Assembly: GCA_964016885.1 (NCBI GenBank)
Contig: OZ024749.1
Span: 45,322,001-45,386,000 of the forward strand
Direction of reading: 5' to 3'
From: Eledone cirrhosa
Taxonomy: Eukaryota
DNA length: 64,000 nucleotides
How positions within the stretch are numbered: the first letter of the stretch is position 1; every line of letters begins with the position of its first letter. Under the pieces are notes generated by a model, which saw only the letters and a program-made list of their open reading frames with translations, searched no databases and was not told where the DNA came from. Made by a program: the position numbers and the translations under genes. Shown piece by piece: positions 28,190 through 42,170 of this stretch.

Positions 28190-28374
28190 TATATATTTCA
28201 TTAAAGAATGCAACATATACAAGGATGATTAATCATCTCTTAAAAGGTAATATTTGAAGATCTAGTTAAACTTTAATTAGTTACCTACCTAGCTGTGTGT
28301 GTTTACACACTTTACAAATTATCCCTTGTGATTGTTTCATGTGTTTATTTTAAATATATATGTCAATATATATA

Positions 28375-28479
28375 TTTATTAAAATAAATATTTGCTCTAC
28401 GGTTCTTATATATTTGATATATATTTATCCTTATCGAGCCCTGTTTGGATCTTAGTCTTCAAATTTATTATTATTACTA
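28375..28479. mobile_element. Family C minimal fold-back
   Basis: About 12-bp inverted arm (tttattaaaata) fused to the full tail; (TA)n flanks. Confidence 0.8.
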
Positions 28480-28496
28480 TATATATATATATATAC

Positions 28497-28605
28497 CGAA
28501 GGAAGAGTGGTCAGGAACCAGGTTGACCATAACGCACCAGAGTACTCAATAATTAGAAATAGCCGTCGAAACGGCTTGAGCTCTGCTGTCGGGGTCTAAC
28601 ACATT

Positions 28606-28609
<4 letters not shown>
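28497..28609. mobile_element. Family D fold-back fragment with HHR 3' half
   Basis: Inverted tail, then GAAA-CGGC-ttgagctct-GCTG-TC-GGGGTC. Confidence 0.65.
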
Positions 28610-28683
<74 letters not shown>

Positions 28684-28859
28684 TATATATATATAGATAT
28701 ATATACCTTTATGTATGTTTGTAAATATGTGAATTCATAAATGATATTAAAATAACATTGGAGCTTATCGATTTTATGAAAATTGGAGCAGATATTATTT
28801 GCTTCTGTCCCAGTTTTTCAGCCTGAGTTATTTCTACATCAATAATGCATTTATACGTT

Positions 28860-29075
28860 TTGGCAGTATCGGTAAGGCGTCGAGCACTGTGCTTTGCGGC
28901 ATAGATATATGACCGTTTCCGTTTTGAGTTCAAATCCCGCCGAGGAAATCTTTGCCTTTCACCCTTACGGAGACAATAACATAATATAGCAGTAATAGAC
29001 TGAGGTTGATTTAATTGACTTTCTCCTCTCCTCAAATCGCTGGCCTTGTGCTTAAAGTAGAAATGATTATTATTA
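28860..29075 (+). mobile_element. tRNA-derived SINE family B (long)
   Basis: Collinear with the 29995 copy. Confidence 0.85.
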
Positions 29076-29329
29076 TGATTACAACAGGCTACTTCTTTTA
29101 CCTTTTTTTTTTACTAATTTATTCTGCTGCTGCTACTGCTACCTCCACTACTACTATTATTCTGTTGCTGCTGCTTCTGTAGTAGTTGTTGTTGTTAGTG
29201 GTGGTGTTGTTGTTTGTATTCACATCACGTTTCCATTGTTATTTTTATCATTAAAAAATGCAAGATCAATGTATCGATCAGTATAAAATAAACACTTCCT
29301 CGTTTTTCATTATTATTATTATCGATTAC

Positions 29330-29508
29330 TTAGTGGTAGAGGGTCAGACAACATGCTTTGCAGCAAAGAGTTGTGGCCCTTTATGTTCAGAGTTCAAATC
29401 CCGCCGAGGTTAAATTTGCCATTCATCCTTACGGGGTCGAAAAAATAAAGTACCAGTAATACACTGGGATAATTGCTGGCCTTGTGCCAAACGTTGAAAC
29501 AATTATTA
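29330..29508 (+). mobile_element. tRNA-derived SINE family B (short) with TSD
   Basis: Flanked by attattatcgattactta direct repeats. Confidence 0.9.
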
Positions 29509-29762
29509 TCGATTACTTATTTAGGCACAAGGCTATCGTAAATTTATATTTACGAGGAGAGGATTATGAGATGTTCATGCCTTTTCTTCGTGGAACAAAT
29601 TATATTTTTGTTGAAAAGAAAAATCCTCTGATTTAAGTTATATTCACAGGTTATTAGAGATGTTGTTTTGAGGAAGTTGTTGTTCCGAGGAATGGAGTTG
29701 TTGTTTTTGAGGAAGTGATGATAATTGAATGACTACTTTTAGGGATCCTTATATATATATAT

Positions 29763-29966
29763 GTCGATCAACTTTCGTCAAATCGGACCGAGGAAACAAT
29801 GTTTCCGTTGGTCTTTCCAGTTGATAGTACTATCTATAAGTCGCAACTCCAGGTAGAAGGAGCAACGTGAAATAAAGTGTCTTGTTCAAGCAGATAACGC
29901 ATCATCCGATCCAGGAATCAAACACACAACCTCAAGATTGTGAATCCAATTCTCTAACCACTCAGC
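29763..29966 (-). mobile_element. CORE-type SINE
   Basis: Reverse complement collinear with the 16863 copy. Confidence 0.85.
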
Positions 29967-29994
29967 AGTTTATATTATTTACCTATTTCAGGTG

Positions 29995-30212
29995 CGGCGG
30001 ATTGTCAGTATCGGTAGAGGGTCGGACGCCATGCTTTGGAGCATAGAGTTACTCCCCTCTATGATCTGAGTTCAAATTCCTCCGTGGTTAACTTTGCCAT
30101 TCTTCCATTCGGGGTCGATGAAATAAAGTACCAGTCACGCACTGGGGTCGATTTAATCGACTTTCCCCTCCCCTCAAATTGCTGGCCTTGTGCCTATATA
30201 ACAAACCATTAT
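29995..30212 (+). mobile_element. tRNA-derived SINE family B (long)
   Basis: Full head, central ttgccattcttccattcggggtcgatgaaataaagtaccagt, tail cactggggtcgatttaatcgact…gctggccttgtgcc. Confidence 0.9.
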
Positions 30213-30479
30213 TCTCCCATTTTTCATGATGGATAATTTCACTCTAACGGAAGATCTTAAAACACAATTTCTTTGTCTTTCGCCATGTTTAACCCTTTCC
30301 TGGCTTTGTATTCATTTGAGTTACTAACATTGTCTTAACATTTCCATACAGCAATATATATGTACTGACAGAATTTCATTCACATTTATAAGTAGCCAAT
30401 AAATAAGTGACATTTTGTCCAATGGTAAACATCCCAATTTGGAGAATTCTGCGATATAAAGAAGACGAATAAAAAATAA

Positions 30480-31790
30480 TTAATTTCAAAGTGTTTTGCT
30501 TTATTCAAAGTCATTCCAATGATTAATTCTAATTATAGAATTGTTGAAAATATATCGAGGACATACAAATTTAGAGAGAACAAAGTGGAATGCCGTAATG
30601 CCGTATTAACGTCTACATTTAAGAAATCTTACAGTTCTCACACTCAACTATTTCAAATGTTATATTAAATAAATATATACATATAGTGTTTTTTCAGATC
30701 TCAGCAGAAACCGAGTTTCGGCAGATACGCTATTACACACCTAGGTTTTTTTTCTGTAATATGATCACATCTCGTTACGTAGTTTCGATTGTACAGGATA
30801 TTGCAATACTCATATTCAACAACCTCTTTTGACAGGTGATTATAATATGTATATATATCTTTGAACCTGACTGCCCCACTAACTTGCTAATATTCAATCT
30901 TTCCATAGTATACTTGTATACTTTGTGTCATATTGCTCTATTTACAGTCGGTCTAAATGCTTTACACACATAGACAAATGGCACATATCTGTCTCTTACT
31001 GTCTTGGTGGTATGTGTTAACTTTGTTGTAATGAAGTTTAGCGTAATCGTTAGTACGTTTTCTATCTTGAATACATTCACCGTTTCTCTTCGCGTCAATC
31101 TCATTGTTCCGTTCATGGTGTATCATCAGTTTGTTTATTTTCTTCGAGGATTAGACGCCAGGGAGCATAATAGAATCTTTGTTGCCTTACTTTCACTGGC
31201 GAAGAGGTGGAATATTTTACCAAAACAAATTGTTGTAACCTCTTTTCTCTAACGGACATGGCGGATTCTCCGTCAGTTTCGACGATGAAGCTTTAGTTGT
31301 TTAAACAACAGTGAATCCAACTCGCGAGTTATATAGGTACGTAATGGACAAGCCAGAGCATGACAGAATGTGCCAAGGCTGGACCCTTGAAATACAGATA
31401 CAAGCAATCCGATGGACGTCTTTGCAGTTTCCACCTACATAATTTCGCTCACAGCATTTTGGTCACACTACATCATTCTTTATTGTTCTTCTCATGAAAT
31501 TATGAACCCGGGTGAAACGAAATTCCAAGTACCGCGTCTGTAAAACCACAGCAATTGGTACATGGATCGAGGTTTTCCTCTCAAACTGGACTATCGCGGT
31601 GTGCAACAAAAGAGTCTCTGAGACTAAAATGTTATCAGATTTGTTGACACGGTAAGAAGTTTTATTGACACACTGAAACATAGTTAATTTATATCTCCGG
31701 GAAACATTGATAATTTTAATACTACATCCACTACTAACACACACCAAAAATAAAGTTTTACATTTCACGCGTTTTACATTACAATTTATA
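30480..31790 (-). pseudogene. Possible decayed Tc1-like transposase interrupted by SINE fragments
   Basis: N-terminal HTH-like ORF 31463-31768 (SSGCSIKII…) and C-terminal-like NKAKHFEIN at about 30490; weak similarity only. Confidence 0.3.
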
Positions 31791-32921
31791 CCAAACTTTC
31801 TCTGATTTCATGTGCTGCGTCTTTGGAAGGTCCCTATAATATTAATATCGCAACACTGTCACTGGATATATGAAGAAGAAAGTCAACAATCATCACACTG
31901 ATACACGCAAAGTTATAACTTTGCGAAAAATAAGAGTAATTAAATTGATTTAAATTTTCGAAGCGAAAGGATAAACATCTAACCTTGGACTCTATCTCAC
32001 TCACACACTTTCGTTTCCACTTTAACCTTTTTATCTTGCCTTGCGTAAATATTATCCCCTTCTAAATCAATTCTGTATACATACCATGTTCAAGTAAATT
32101 TCTGAGCATGGGCATGATCCAGTCAAGGAAAGTAACTGTGTAAATGTGCGTCATAAAGTAGTAATTTTTATTTCTGAAACTTTGACTACTCAAGATAAGG
32201 AGAAAAGTGACACACCTCTGGCTCACGAAGAGTGGGAGAGTTATTTAGTTTACCCTGCTGTCAAGTACGAAGGTCAGTCGGTCATAGATAGTGGGTGGAA
32301 GCTTTTATGATATGAATCAGATCTGTTAAAAACCATAGTCGATTAAAATGAATATCGGTTGTTCAAGTAACTTTAGGACAGTTTGACTGAAGCTGAACTA
32401 GGATTAATAGCAAAGTTTCCAAACATAACTATCCCATCATTTATCTTCTTTATCCATATGAATATAGAGAGGATTACATGTGACCGTACGATTAAAAATA
32501 TAAAGTTATGTGCATTCAGGGAAACCTGACTGCCGTTTCTCGAAAGTCGAATTAGAAAATAGATATTTCTTTGGCTTAAAACCAGTAAAAGAGTAAGGTA
32601 GAGGAAGTCGTAAATCTGGGGAAACTTCATGCAAAATTAAATGAACTAAATTTGAGAAAACATCGTGTCACATATTTGTAAATACATTTTATCTTTAAGC
32701 AAAAAGGAATCCACACAATTTAAACTTCGCGTTATTTATGACAATTTTCTGTTATCTATTATCACAGTGTCATTTAATTGAGATCAACTGCGGATTGCCT
32801 TCTTTTTTTCCTTCTTTCATTTTCGAGATCTTATCCAGTTAATTATACGTATATAGACACTCACATATATTTACATTCATAAACATCTAAACTCCTAAAC
32901 ATACACACCTCACACCCTCAG

Positions 32922-32953
<32 letters not shown>

Positions 32954-33505
32954 GTATTTTTCAAGCGAAACATTTTTTTTCTAATTCTACTATATTTACA
33001 TTCCTTAAAGAATTAAATTTCAAATATCAATACTATTCTGTTTTTTTCAATTCTTTCTCACACTAATTGAGGTCAAAGCATATCGAATCCTTCAGATCAG
33101 AGGTTCGCTGGCTTCTAGGGCATATGTTACATGTTGTGTATATTTTTCTTTCACTAACTTTTTTTCTATTTTAAATATGGTTTGTCCGATCGAATCAAAG
33201 TCGTTTTAATCGTGCTTTTCTCTCCAGGTAGTGGATTAAGTTAGCGAGGATTAAAAGAAGACAACATTTCATATTATGTCCGCAAACAATTATTAAAAAA
33301 AAAAAATAAATATTGTGATTAATAAAGTAAATAAAGTGAATAATATGAATAAAAAGGCCAATAAAAAAGCCAATATGTTTTATTATATTGTTTTTATTTA
33401 TATTGTTTGCCCTTTCGATTTTATTATCGCACTCTCCCGCCCTCTTCTCATCTATATTTTGATATCTTTCTATCTATTCATCTATCTAACTCACTCTCTC
33501 CTTCA

Positions 33506-33641
<136 letters not shown>

Positions 33642-34059
33642 CTCTCTCTCTCTCTCTATGTATATATTTATATACAAACACACACAAACGACGAACGTAC
33701 TCAAACACACTCACTCCTAAACACACATACATGTAAGTATCCGTTAATTCTAATTTAAATTAATGTTCTCTATACTATATATATATATATATATAATGAG
33801 AGCGTAGCAAAGTTTTTGGTACCGTTGAAATATATATAATGAAATAAATATGGTTTTATATATAGTTTCCATTTATTAATATCACTGATATATATATATA
33901 AAAAAAGGTTGGGCATATAAAACCCTGCATAGGGAAATCAGCGGTCAGTGTCACGCGTGAAACTCGAACTCACACATACCAAGTATCAATGTGAAACCAG
34001 GCTCTCCTCATGAGAATTTTTACTTTGTTTTCTTTGACTATTATATTAATATCTATCTC

Positions 34060-34322
34060 TCAAGGGTGGGTAAAATTCCCAAGATCCATGAATGACATCT
34101 CTGCAGCGGTCTCTGTCCATTCATCATCGCTGCCATGTCCTGCGCTTTCAAGAGTCCACTGTCTGTCCTTATGGCATCAACATATGTCAACCTCGGTCTT
34201 CCTCTTCTAGTGTGTCCGTGCAGAGGCTCCCACAGGAGCACTGAGTGTAGTGTCAACTCTGGATGTCGGTGAGCATGTCCAGCTAACCTCAATGTCCCCT
34301 GTGATACTTTGGAGCTGACTTT
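34060..34322 (-). mobile_element. RTE-clade LINE 3' end
   Basis: RLAGHAHRHPELTLHSVLLWEPLHGHTRRGRPRLTYVD; same family as 50518-51304. Confidence 0.85.
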
Positions 34323-34676
34323 TATATAATATAAGTAAGTATATTTCCAGTAAAATTCAATAAAAATGACATTTACTAATAAATATTCTTTTTATTATGT
34401 CTGCATGTCTATTTAACGTTAGCACCTTCATATTCCAAGCATTGAATATATTTATGCATATATGTTTATGCATGTATATAGCTATGTTTGTATGTATGTA
34501 TGTATGTATGTATGTATGTATGTATGTATGTATGTATGTATGTATGTATGTGTGTATGTATGTAAGCATGCATATGTGTATGTGTGTTTGTATGTATTGA
34601 CCTATGTATGTATCTATCTCTCTTTCTCTATAGATATACATATAAATAAATAATCATACATAGACACACACAGCCA

Positions 34677-34780
<104 letters not shown>

Positions 34781-34811
34781 TGTGCGTGTATATATAATAT
34801 ATATATATATA

Positions 34812-34886
<75 letters not shown>

Positions 34887-34920
34887 CTATGTATATGTAT
34901 ATATATATACACACACACAC

Positions 34921-34967
<47 letters not shown>

Positions 34968-34968
34968 C

Positions 34969-35001
<33 letters not shown>

Positions 35002-35194
35002 CATATGTATATACTGCACATGAGACGGGTAAATAATTAATCGCAAAGCTAGAGAATGCGTAGTTTAATTAAGCAAAGGTAGAAAAATACCTTCACGCTT
35101 CACAGACAACAGTTAAATATGGAGCTAAATTGTATAAATATATTAATTAGCTTTTTTTTCATTCATCCTCTTCTTCTCACCTTCCTTTTCATGC

Positions 35195-35825
35195 ATTCAT
35201 CATCATCGTCATTATGCCGATGATGATCATGATCATCATCATCATCATCGTCATCTTCATCATCACCAGCAACACTATAATCGTCATATTTACCAGCGTA
35301 ATCATTAACATTATCTTCATTGTCGTCGTCGTTATCATCATCTAAATCATCACCATCATCGCCATCATAACCATCATCAACATCATCATCATCATCATCA
35401 TAAACAGCAGCAGCAGCAGCAGCGCCAACAGTAGCATAAACATCATCTTCTGCTGCTTCTTTTTTCATGATAATCGTCACTCAAGACATCACAATGATGA
35501 TGACGATGGTTATGGTAGTGATGATGATGATGATGATGATAATGATGATAATGATGATGATGGTAATGGTGATGATGATGATGGTTAGATATTAACTGTA
35601 ATGATGGTGATGTTGATGATGATGATCATCAGCATGATCACCATTAACGTCCCCATCACCGCACAATCATCATCCTTATCATCATCTTCATCATCATCAA
35701 CTTCATCACCATCATCATCATCATCATGCTGATACTGATGGTAGTGGTGATGATGATGATGATGATGATGATAATGATGATGATTGCGGTGATGGGGGAC
35801 GTTAATGATGATTATGATGATGATT

Positions 35826-35862
<37 letters not shown>

Positions 35863-35881
35863 ACATCATCATCACCATCAC

Positions 35882-35956
<75 letters not shown>

Positions 35957-35980
35957 CATAATCATCATCATCACCATCAC

Positions 35981-36053
<73 letters not shown>

Positions 36054-36055
36054 GT
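35195..36055. repeat. (CAT)n/(GAT)n trinucleotide array with alternating polarity
   Basis: Direct inspection. Confidence 0.9.
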
Positions 36056-36388
36056 CGCAATCTTCTTGATATTTTTCATTCCTTTTTCCAAATTATTATA
36101 TTTTTTTCTCTTGATTTCTACGTTTAGTTCTGTTCTCTCAGGTGGAACGTTTCTTAAATGAAAATTCTGGAACAAACCAAGCATGTTACAATGGTCCATT
36201 TCCCACACAACTACTGAATATGTGTTTAGTTTAGTCTACTCGTCCCTGGGTAATTTCCTCCTGTCACACCTCTACACGTAGTTAATTCCCGCAATTCATT
36301 ACACCTAAAATGTTTATGAATCTTTATTATTCGTAATTTCCTTCTCTATAATATTTCCTTTACTCTCACACACACACACATATATATA

Positions 36389-36455
<67 letters not shown>

Positions 36456-36566
36456 AATATGCATGCCAATTCTTATACATATATATCCTAGAAACGATCG
36501 TTAAATAATGAACTTTTTTTGTTTAATATAAGGAACTGTTTCATTGTTTTATTCATTATTTGTTTA

Positions 36567-36649
<83 letters not shown>

Positions 36650-36686
36650 GCATACACACATATATATATATATTATTATTATTATT

Positions 36687-36754
<68 letters not shown>

Positions 36755-36942
36755 GTTTATAGTATATGAACAAAATAACGATCCATGACCTCAATGGCTT
36801 TTGAATTTTTTAAAAGACCATTATCCACTTGGTGTTATATTTCTCGCATATATATTATATACCTATTCTTAACTGAGCAATATATATATATATATTTATT
36901 TATTAGTCTTTAAATTTACTATTATTACTATATATATATGTC

Positions 36943-37796
36943 AGTATGTACGTATGTATACGTACATACATATATGTATACAGACATACAGTAGTATGTA
37001 TATATATACATACATGCATACATATATACATGCACGTATCGGTTTACCGAACATTTATTATAATGCTCGGTTTGTTTGTTTGTAAACAAACAGCCCGAAT
37101 TACGCCGTACAGTGTTTAGGCAAACACGTCACCTTTTTGTTCAACACTGACACAGGGCTGAAAATTCGGGCTGTTTGTTTGTTTACAAACAAACAAACCT
37201 AGCATCATAATAAATGTTCGGTAAACCGATACGTGCATGTATATATGTGTGCATGTATGTATATATAAACATACTACTGTACGCCTGTATACATACATAC
37301 ATACTTACATTTAAGTAAGTGCCGTACTAAGAGTGAGAAATGAAATTTCGTTTCATTCTATTCCATTTATCGTTTTCGGTGTGCTCGGCCGACTGAACTG
37401 ACTCGATATGCAAATTAGGCTGCTCAGCCGTTAATATGCATAAGGAAAGTATATACTTTCAGACGTTCAACCATCTGGCAGGAAGGTATACGATGCTGAC
37501 GATAGCTAATAAGCTTGAAACTAGTATAGCGTTTCTGTGTCAGTGTTGAACAAAAAGGTAACGTGGTTGCCTAAACACTGTACGGCGTAATTCGGGCTGT
37601 TTGTTTACAATGATTGTCTGTTTAAATGTTCGGTAAACAGATACGTGCATATATATATGTGTGCATGTATGTATACATATACATACTACTGTACGTCTGT
37701 ATACATATATGTATGTACGTGTACATACATACATACTTACATTTAAGTAAGTGCCATACTAAGAGTGAGAAATGAAATTTCGTTTCATTCTATTCC

Positions 37797-37801
<5 letters not shown>
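36943..37801. mobile_element. Family A element: inverted arm plus two tandem sense units
   Basis: Tail-less inverted arm 36943-37152, sense arm with tail to about 37368, then a full about 430-bp sense unit ending in the same tail ttccattta. Confidence 0.85.
37490..37532 (+). ncRNA. Type I hammerhead ribozyme motif (family A)
   Basis: ACGATG-CTGACGA-T-AGCT-AATA-AGCT-T-GAAA-CTAG-TA-TAGCGT. Confidence 0.65.
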
Positions 37802-37839
<38 letters not shown>

Positions 37840-37840
<1 letters not shown>

Positions 37841-38066
37841 TTATTAAAATAACAGATTAACTTTAGGCAAAGAATCGGTGCTTTCACCCTTAACGGGATC
37901 TTCTGAAAGTTTTTCAGAAAATCCCGTTAAGGGTGAAAGCAGCGATTATTTGCTTAAGCTTTAATCTGTTATTTAAATAAATATTTGCTCTACGGTTCTG
38001 ATATATTTGATATATATTTATCCTTATCGAGCCCTCTTTGGATTTTATTCTTCAAATTTATTATTA

Positions 38067-38070
<4 letters not shown>
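37840..38070. mobile_element. Family C asymmetric palindrome
   Basis: 70-bp arms folding at about 37910; right arm has about 90 bp tail; (TA)n flanks. Confidence 0.9.
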
Positions 38071-38157
<87 letters not shown>

Positions 38158-38841
38158 TATATATATATATATATTTATATATGTATATATTTCAGACATC
38201 TAATGATTAACCAGAATTATTTCTAAAAAAATATATAGTCTCCACATTATTAATATTGCCTTCGGATGTGCCTAAACAAAACAAGTTGCATATGGAGGTG
38301 ACGTTTACAAACCCACCATAATTGAAAATATATTTGATAATCACAGGTTTCAAGGACACCACCACCTGTTGGCATCCGATCTTCTCCGAGACCTTTTAGA
38401 ACCTTTCCAAATATAGTCGCAGAACGTGTAATGAAAGATATGAACTTCATAAAATTTAGTCATATTATCCTCTGAGGGAGGTTTTTTTAAAATCCAGATG
38501 ACTACATACAAGGTAACATATCTGATGAGACACACATTTAAATCAAAATTTGATAACATCAGAGTCACATTTAAAATAGAAGCGTAACACACAAGGGATA
38601 AATGAAATCTTCCAGAACAAACCTTCTTTAAAACTGTTCACATGCACAAGCAAATATAAGGAAACTATATTAAGAGACGTGTATCTATACGTCCACACAC
38701 ACATTTATATATGAGAGCTCGTAGTCATATAATATATAATACTAAAGAATGATATGCATATATACATGTATATGTAAACTTAGGAAATTTACCAAAGAGA
38801 AGACAAGAGAACGAATAAAGAATATATGAGCGAATGAGGTT

Positions 38842-38947
<106 letters not shown>

Positions 38948-39088
38948 CATCGTATTAGAATATTTAAATAAACATAATGTTTCTATATAGTGTTGATAAC
39001 TAAAAAAATGTAATTTTATTTCATTTCAACATGAAAGTCGAATTAAAAATTATAGTTCTAAAATGTACGTGATATAGAAATGGATGCT

Positions 39089-39298
39089 AATAATAATAAT
39101 AATAATATTAATAATAATAATAATAATAATAACAATAATAAAAAAATAATGATAATAATATTGTTTTCGATATAAACGCACCAACGACATGAAAATCAAG
39201 AAGAAGAAGAAGAAGAAGGAGAAGAAGAAGAAGAAGAAGAAGAAGAAGAAGAAGAAGAAGAAGAAGAAGAAGAAGAAGAAGAAGAAGAAGGAGAAGAA
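39089..39298. repeat. (AAT)n and (GAA)n microsatellites
   Basis: Direct inspection. Confidence 0.9.
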
Positions 39299-39756
39299 TT
39301 CTAACTAAAAGAAGAAATATAAATATAAAATAAATAATAAAAAAAAAACAGAAACCAAAAATTATGAGAAACTGAAAAATTAATGATAATTATTTTGTTG
39401 ATGTTGATAAACAATTAATAATTAGAATAGAAAAGAAATTACAGCAAAAACTATAACAAAACATCAACTCCAGCACAGCGAAAAATGAAAATAATATGCA
39501 TGAGGCGATTTGAATTTCATTTATAATTTTTAAATGCAAATATATGAGTAATGAATATCAAATCAAAATCGATGTTCTATTTTTATTAGTTTCTTAGCAA
39601 CAAGTTTTCGAAAAACACAACTTTAAAATAACGAAATGAAAATTAGTAAAAATATAAAAAAAACATATAACGCGTCGGAGCAAAACTAACAATTTCCCAG
39701 AAAACCCCACCAAAATAAAAACTAAAAAAAAATAATAAATACATGTATAAAAAAAT

Positions 39757-39787
<31 letters not shown>

Positions 39788-40119
39788 CAAAGAATAAAAA
39801 AAAACACAAATAAAATATTGAAATACCATCATTCACGATAAGAATCAACATTATTCTTTGTTTCATTGAAATTTCAATTCGTTTTGCTCGGCAGTGATTT
39901 TTAGCGAAGGACACCATTTGTAATTTTGTTGATAATACAGTGTCACTGGATTCTTTGTTTCGGTAGAAAGACAGAAGACATTGCTCTAAAAGGGGAAATA
40001 AAAAAAAGGAAACAAATATTTCTGAGCACCTTATCGTGGATTTTGCATGATGACGTGAAATAATGTTTTTTAAAACAATATAATGCAGCAAAATCGTTCA
40101 GCTTTCGGATTTAGTCATG

Positions 40120-40546
40120 ATGCCGGTAATTTTGGAGGAGCAGGAAAGTCGATTAAATCGACCCCAGTGCATTACTGGTATTATATGTTATCAACCCCGT
40201 AAGAATTCCAGCAAAGATGCACCTGCTTACGTACCAAATATTACCAAGCAGTAATCATCTTGGTCAATATGGGGGAGGGAAAAGTTGATTAAATCGACAC
40301 CAGTGCGTTACTGGCACTTTATTTTATTGACCGCGTAAGAATTCCGACAAACACGCACAAGCTTACTTATCAAATGCTTCCAAGCAGCAAACATCTTGGC
40401 CAATTTGATGGATGGAAAAGTTGATTTTAACAACATCGACCCCAATGTGTTACTGGTAATTTATTTTATCGACCACGTAAGAATTCCGGCAAAGACGCAC
40501 CCTCCTACTTATGAAATACTACCAAGCAGAAATCATCTTGGCCAAC
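40120..40546. repeat. Three tandem 135-140 bp units containing a SINE B 3' fragment
   Basis: aaagt.gatt..atcgac.ccagtg..ttactgg…cgtaagaattcc…ccaagcag.aa.catcttgg.caa repeated three times. Confidence 0.85.
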
Positions 40547-41137
40547 TCATTTTTATTCAGTGTTTGATTATTTTTACCGGTGCTGGCGAAAGTTAAATCT
40601 GTTTTCGCTTTTTTTGTGCGGTTAAGAAATAGTGTTTGTGTTTGTATGAGTGTGTGTATGTGTGTATGCGTGTATATTTGAATGTGTGTGCGTGTGTGTG
40701 TGCATGAATGTGTGTGTATTTTTATTTTGTTGTGTATGTTATTTCTGAAATTGTTCTACTTAATGTCACTGCTTTCTTTTAAAATATCATTATTTTCTCT
40801 TTTCGAAATGTTTACGTCTTGCTGTGTAATTAAAATTGTTTTCTTTTTTTACTGTATTTTCTGTGGCACTGCAATCATTTGACACTCTCACTGTGGGTGG
40901 TGTCTGGCTAGAAGATATCTTATCTTTGATTGTAAACAAACAAAATTATGTATAAAATGTCCAAAGATATTTCAACATGTTCCAGCTGGGTTCACTGAAC
41001 TATATATGTAAAAACAAATAATTATTTTCCCTTCTGAATATATGAAGTGATAAATCGAATGCTCCTCCACGCTAAACATTAAAATCAGAATAATAATAAT
41101 ACTAATAATATAATTATAAACAGACTTTCGTTCTTCT

Positions 41138-41192
41138 GCTACAATCTCATGACGCTGCCACAATCTCATGACGCTGCTACAATCTCATGACT
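41138..41192. repeat. 19-bp tandem repeat (about 2.7 copies)
   Basis: acaatctcatgacgctgc(c/t). Confidence 0.85.
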
Positions 41193-41349
41193 CAAGGATA
41201 ATAACATACAGAATCAGGTTTATATGTATTAACGACAACTATGTATATAACAATAATAGTTTTTGTAATAAACATTCCTGCTTCCAATAGAAATCAATAA
41301 GAAATCTCAACTAGGAACTGTTTACAATAATGAGGAGGTTGCGCTTAAA

Positions 41350-42170
41350 GGTAATGCCTGCGATAACCTCTTACATAACAACCAGATTATCCTATCATCT
41401 TACGAGCATTGGAAGTACGCTCACCATGATTCATTTTTCCTGCTGGAAAAGCAGAGTCAGAGTTTCAGATTTGTCAACCATGACCCCAATAAACCATCTT
41501 TCATAAAACAAACCAGAAAGGATAATCTCCCTCTGTATCTTCACAAACCTCATCAAGTGGTACTTGAAAACGTTGATGAATGCTTTGCCATGAAAATTAG
41601 CTTCCTGTCCTCAAGGCGTTTAGATTTGTCCACTATGGATCTTCTTTCGGACAGAGGAAGGAATACAACGCCTAATTTCTAAAGGGAGATGGTTGTTTAA
41701 ATTTCACTACAGAACCAGTTAATAGTCAAATCTGTCTGACACCTGATAGCAGTTATTCGACACAAGTTAACAAGTCTGCAATAATGGTCACTGAAGATAG
41801 CAGGCGAGACTGTCTTCGGCTTGAATAAATATTGGACAGGTCCCGTTGATTGGCTATTCCATTCCAGATTTTACGTCAAATTAATATTTTTCTTCTGTAG
41901 CAAAGCCATGCTGAAGATTTAGGTTGTAGGCAGCACGGAAATTCCATGAAAAGGGTATAGTATTTGACTTGGAAGTCACCCGGCAAGTTGGCTTGCCTGA
42001 TGGCGTAAAAAAAGAAGTCAATGTTATGTGAGGGAAATTTGGCTGCTCCTTTTTTGTAGTATTTATTATACACAAACGTTTATCATTAATTCTGATTTCC
42101 ACAAAAAACAGTACAGTATCTAGTGGAGGATGCGAAATAATTACCCGTTAGTTAGTAAGCTGAAAATTCA
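41350..42170 (-). pseudogene. Decayed Sola-like DNA transposase
   Basis: Minus-strand remnants in the expected order: VKYYTLF…PKSSAWLCY, frameshifted FDVKSEWN, and C-terminal FYERWFIGVMVD…DNLVV; superfamily assignment is from memory of motifs. Confidence 0.4.

Noticed and set aside
38250-38600. ORFs with CDYIWKG resembling a Tc1 C-terminus or a host exon
   Set aside because: Single weak motif, no splice or homology support
39594-40091. 165-aa hydrophobic ORF resembling a membrane protein
   Set aside because: Hydrophobic stretch comes from T-rich low-complexity sequence; no recognisable domain
41138-41192. CRISPR-like short repeats (also the 40120 units)
   Set aside because: No unique spacers, no cas genes, eukaryotic context
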